In this document: positions 62,234 to 64,000 of the stretch, piece after piece
How the letters are laid out: each line of letters starts with the position of its first letter
How positions within the stretch are numbered: position 1 is the first letter of the stretch
From: Psilocybe cubensis
Taxonomy: Eukaryota
Length of the DNA stretch: 64,000 nt
Reading direction: 5' to 3'
Assembly (NCBI GenBank): GCA_017499595.2
Contig: CM038999.1
Span: 434,001 to 498,000 of the forward strand
Position numbers and translations under genes: made by a program
Notes under the pieces: generated by a model
What the model saw: the letters and a program-made list of their open reading frames with translations, nothing else
What the model was told of the DNA's origin: nothing
The model's database searches: none

Positions 62234-64000
62234 GTCCCTCTTTAGCTTCCTATATGTAGATGGAGATACGGGAGATTACGTCCAAGTAAGCCACCGGGAT
62301 TACTGCCCGCAAGCGCTGCATTTAATTCGCTTGTCTCCTCCGGCGTCCCGAGGTGACGTTATCCCAAGCAATGAAAGAAAGGACTCTACGTACCGCCAGG
62401 CGTTTGAGGAATCCTGTGAGAGCTGTTGCGTTAGAAACGCCGGATAGCTGCCGAGGCTCGAGGCAAGGGATTGAATATTGAATATTATTCCGCCGATGTA
62501 GCTTCGGTAATGCGAATACAGGACTTGCTTAGGTTTGCAGGCTTCAGGCCCGAGGTAAGTATAGCTCTGCATCCATGAAATCCTCGGAAGCATTGAAAGC
62601 ATTTCTTGTGATTAGGCGATACTGTAAATGGAGAGAACTCGTTTGAGCGGTAAATTTATATGAGAAATAGAATCCTGAGCCGAAGGCTTGCGTGTTAGAT
62701 ATGAAATCTGGCCCAAGGTCCAACATGCAAACCTGGAAAGCGGGCCACGCTGCGTGGTTTGGACATAGTGACCTGAGAAACTTCGCCGAGGTGTCGAGGT
62801 TATTAAAACAGTCTGTGGAAGTTGGCGAAGCGCTTGCCATCCTCGCAGTGTGCATGCTCCTGGAATGCCAGGCATCAGGCCAGCAGCATGCATAGATTAT
62901 TGCCTGGAAGCTCTGGGCGCAGAGAGAGGCCTACCATGGCCCCAACCTTCCATGGACCTAATTCTAGGCGTAAACTTGGTTACTGTGAAACACGCCAGAG
63001 GCCGCCGCCTCCCGCCTCCTCACAATACTTCTGTCGGAGACCGCACACTTCATCTGGAAAACCAGATGCCAGTGATGTATAACAGATAGTGCGGATCCCG
63101 CGCAAGCATCAGCCCTGAACCGACGACTGCGTCTGGAAACCCTGGCGACCAACCGAGCCAGATATGGTCACTTCAGCCTTAAGAGAGAGCTAGTAGAGGT
63201 GACATGATGGGTGGGGAGTCCTTGCAGACAGAGATGGACTGCAAGAAGAACTGGGTCCGGCAAACCGGGGTTTTAGTGGGTGTGGGTTGATTTCTTTGGA
63301 AGTGGCACCCTAGTCCTCCACACTGCCTAGTAATAGGTGTGCTAAGACATTATGGTGACAGACCGGACGGAGTGCAAGTCTCCCTTTCAACGAGCTCCCC
63401 GGCGGGCGAGCTGCTTCAAAAAAAGAAGAAGAAGAAACGGTCGTAGCATGGTGTCACGTCAAAGACCTAGTAGAACCCAAAAAAGAGAACACCACCAGTC
63501 AAGTAAACATAGGCGCCGCCGTCCGTCATGGAGCACTTCTATTACCGATCAAAAATGGAGTCTTTCGAGGAGCCCAGGAAGCAGACCTTTCGGCTCCAGG
63601 AGAGATCGCAACGTCAAGGTTTCTTGGGATTTGAATAGCTGGGAACAGCCTCTACTTGGACCATGGTCATTGGTTCATCATAGGATGATCTGCATCATAC
63701 ATGCAGAATATTCGTGTGACATGCAAGAAACGTCAAGAAAACAAAAGGTTTGTTTTATTGTACGTACCTAGACAACGGTTGGCTTTAAGAGGCAAAAAGT
63801 AAACGAGAATCTGGACATGAACTCGCCAAAGTCAAATTGGATCCATACCAGTGGAGCGATATTCCCCGACTCGGTAGGATCCCTCTAGAGCAGCAGCGCA
63901 CAGCAACGCACAATAGACCTATTAGATAGACAAAAGATCGATGGGGCGCATAGACTCTAACGTTGCAACCAGAACAAGTTCAACAAAAACAAGTGTTGTT

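Noticed and set aside
62163-63771. Short ORFs that could be a degraded gene or TE
   Set aside because: Multiple stops and no motif I can recognise; needs a BLASTX search to decide.

Overview
Intron-rich fungal genomic DNA, most likely an agaricomycete (inferred from the short GT-AG introns, F-box paralogues and KDZ/TET element). The left 40 kb is mostly host genes: a flavin monooxygenase, BCS1-like AAA ATPase, SDR, 2OG-Fe(II) oxygenase, two membrane proteins, RSE1, TOP3, UTP25, two identical tRNA-Val(AAC) genes, an F-box gene, ATG3 and a LYAR-type protein. The main feature is an apparently intact 15,731-bp DNA transposon (40428-56158) with 318-bp TIRs and a 7-bp TSD. It carries six genes: a TET/JBP dioxygenase, an unknown gene, a CxC2-KDZ transposase, an HMG/homeodomain-like protein, a Zn2Cys6-like protein and a proline-repeat protein. 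A CpG-containing motif (TCCGCCGT, core ACGG) is strongly enriched in its introns and linkers, suggesting a self-targeted anti-silencing system; this is inference. Three smaller non-autonomous TIR elements are present, with TSDs TTA, GCCACC and TA; the last splits an F-box gene. Gene models were spliced by eye and no database searches were run.
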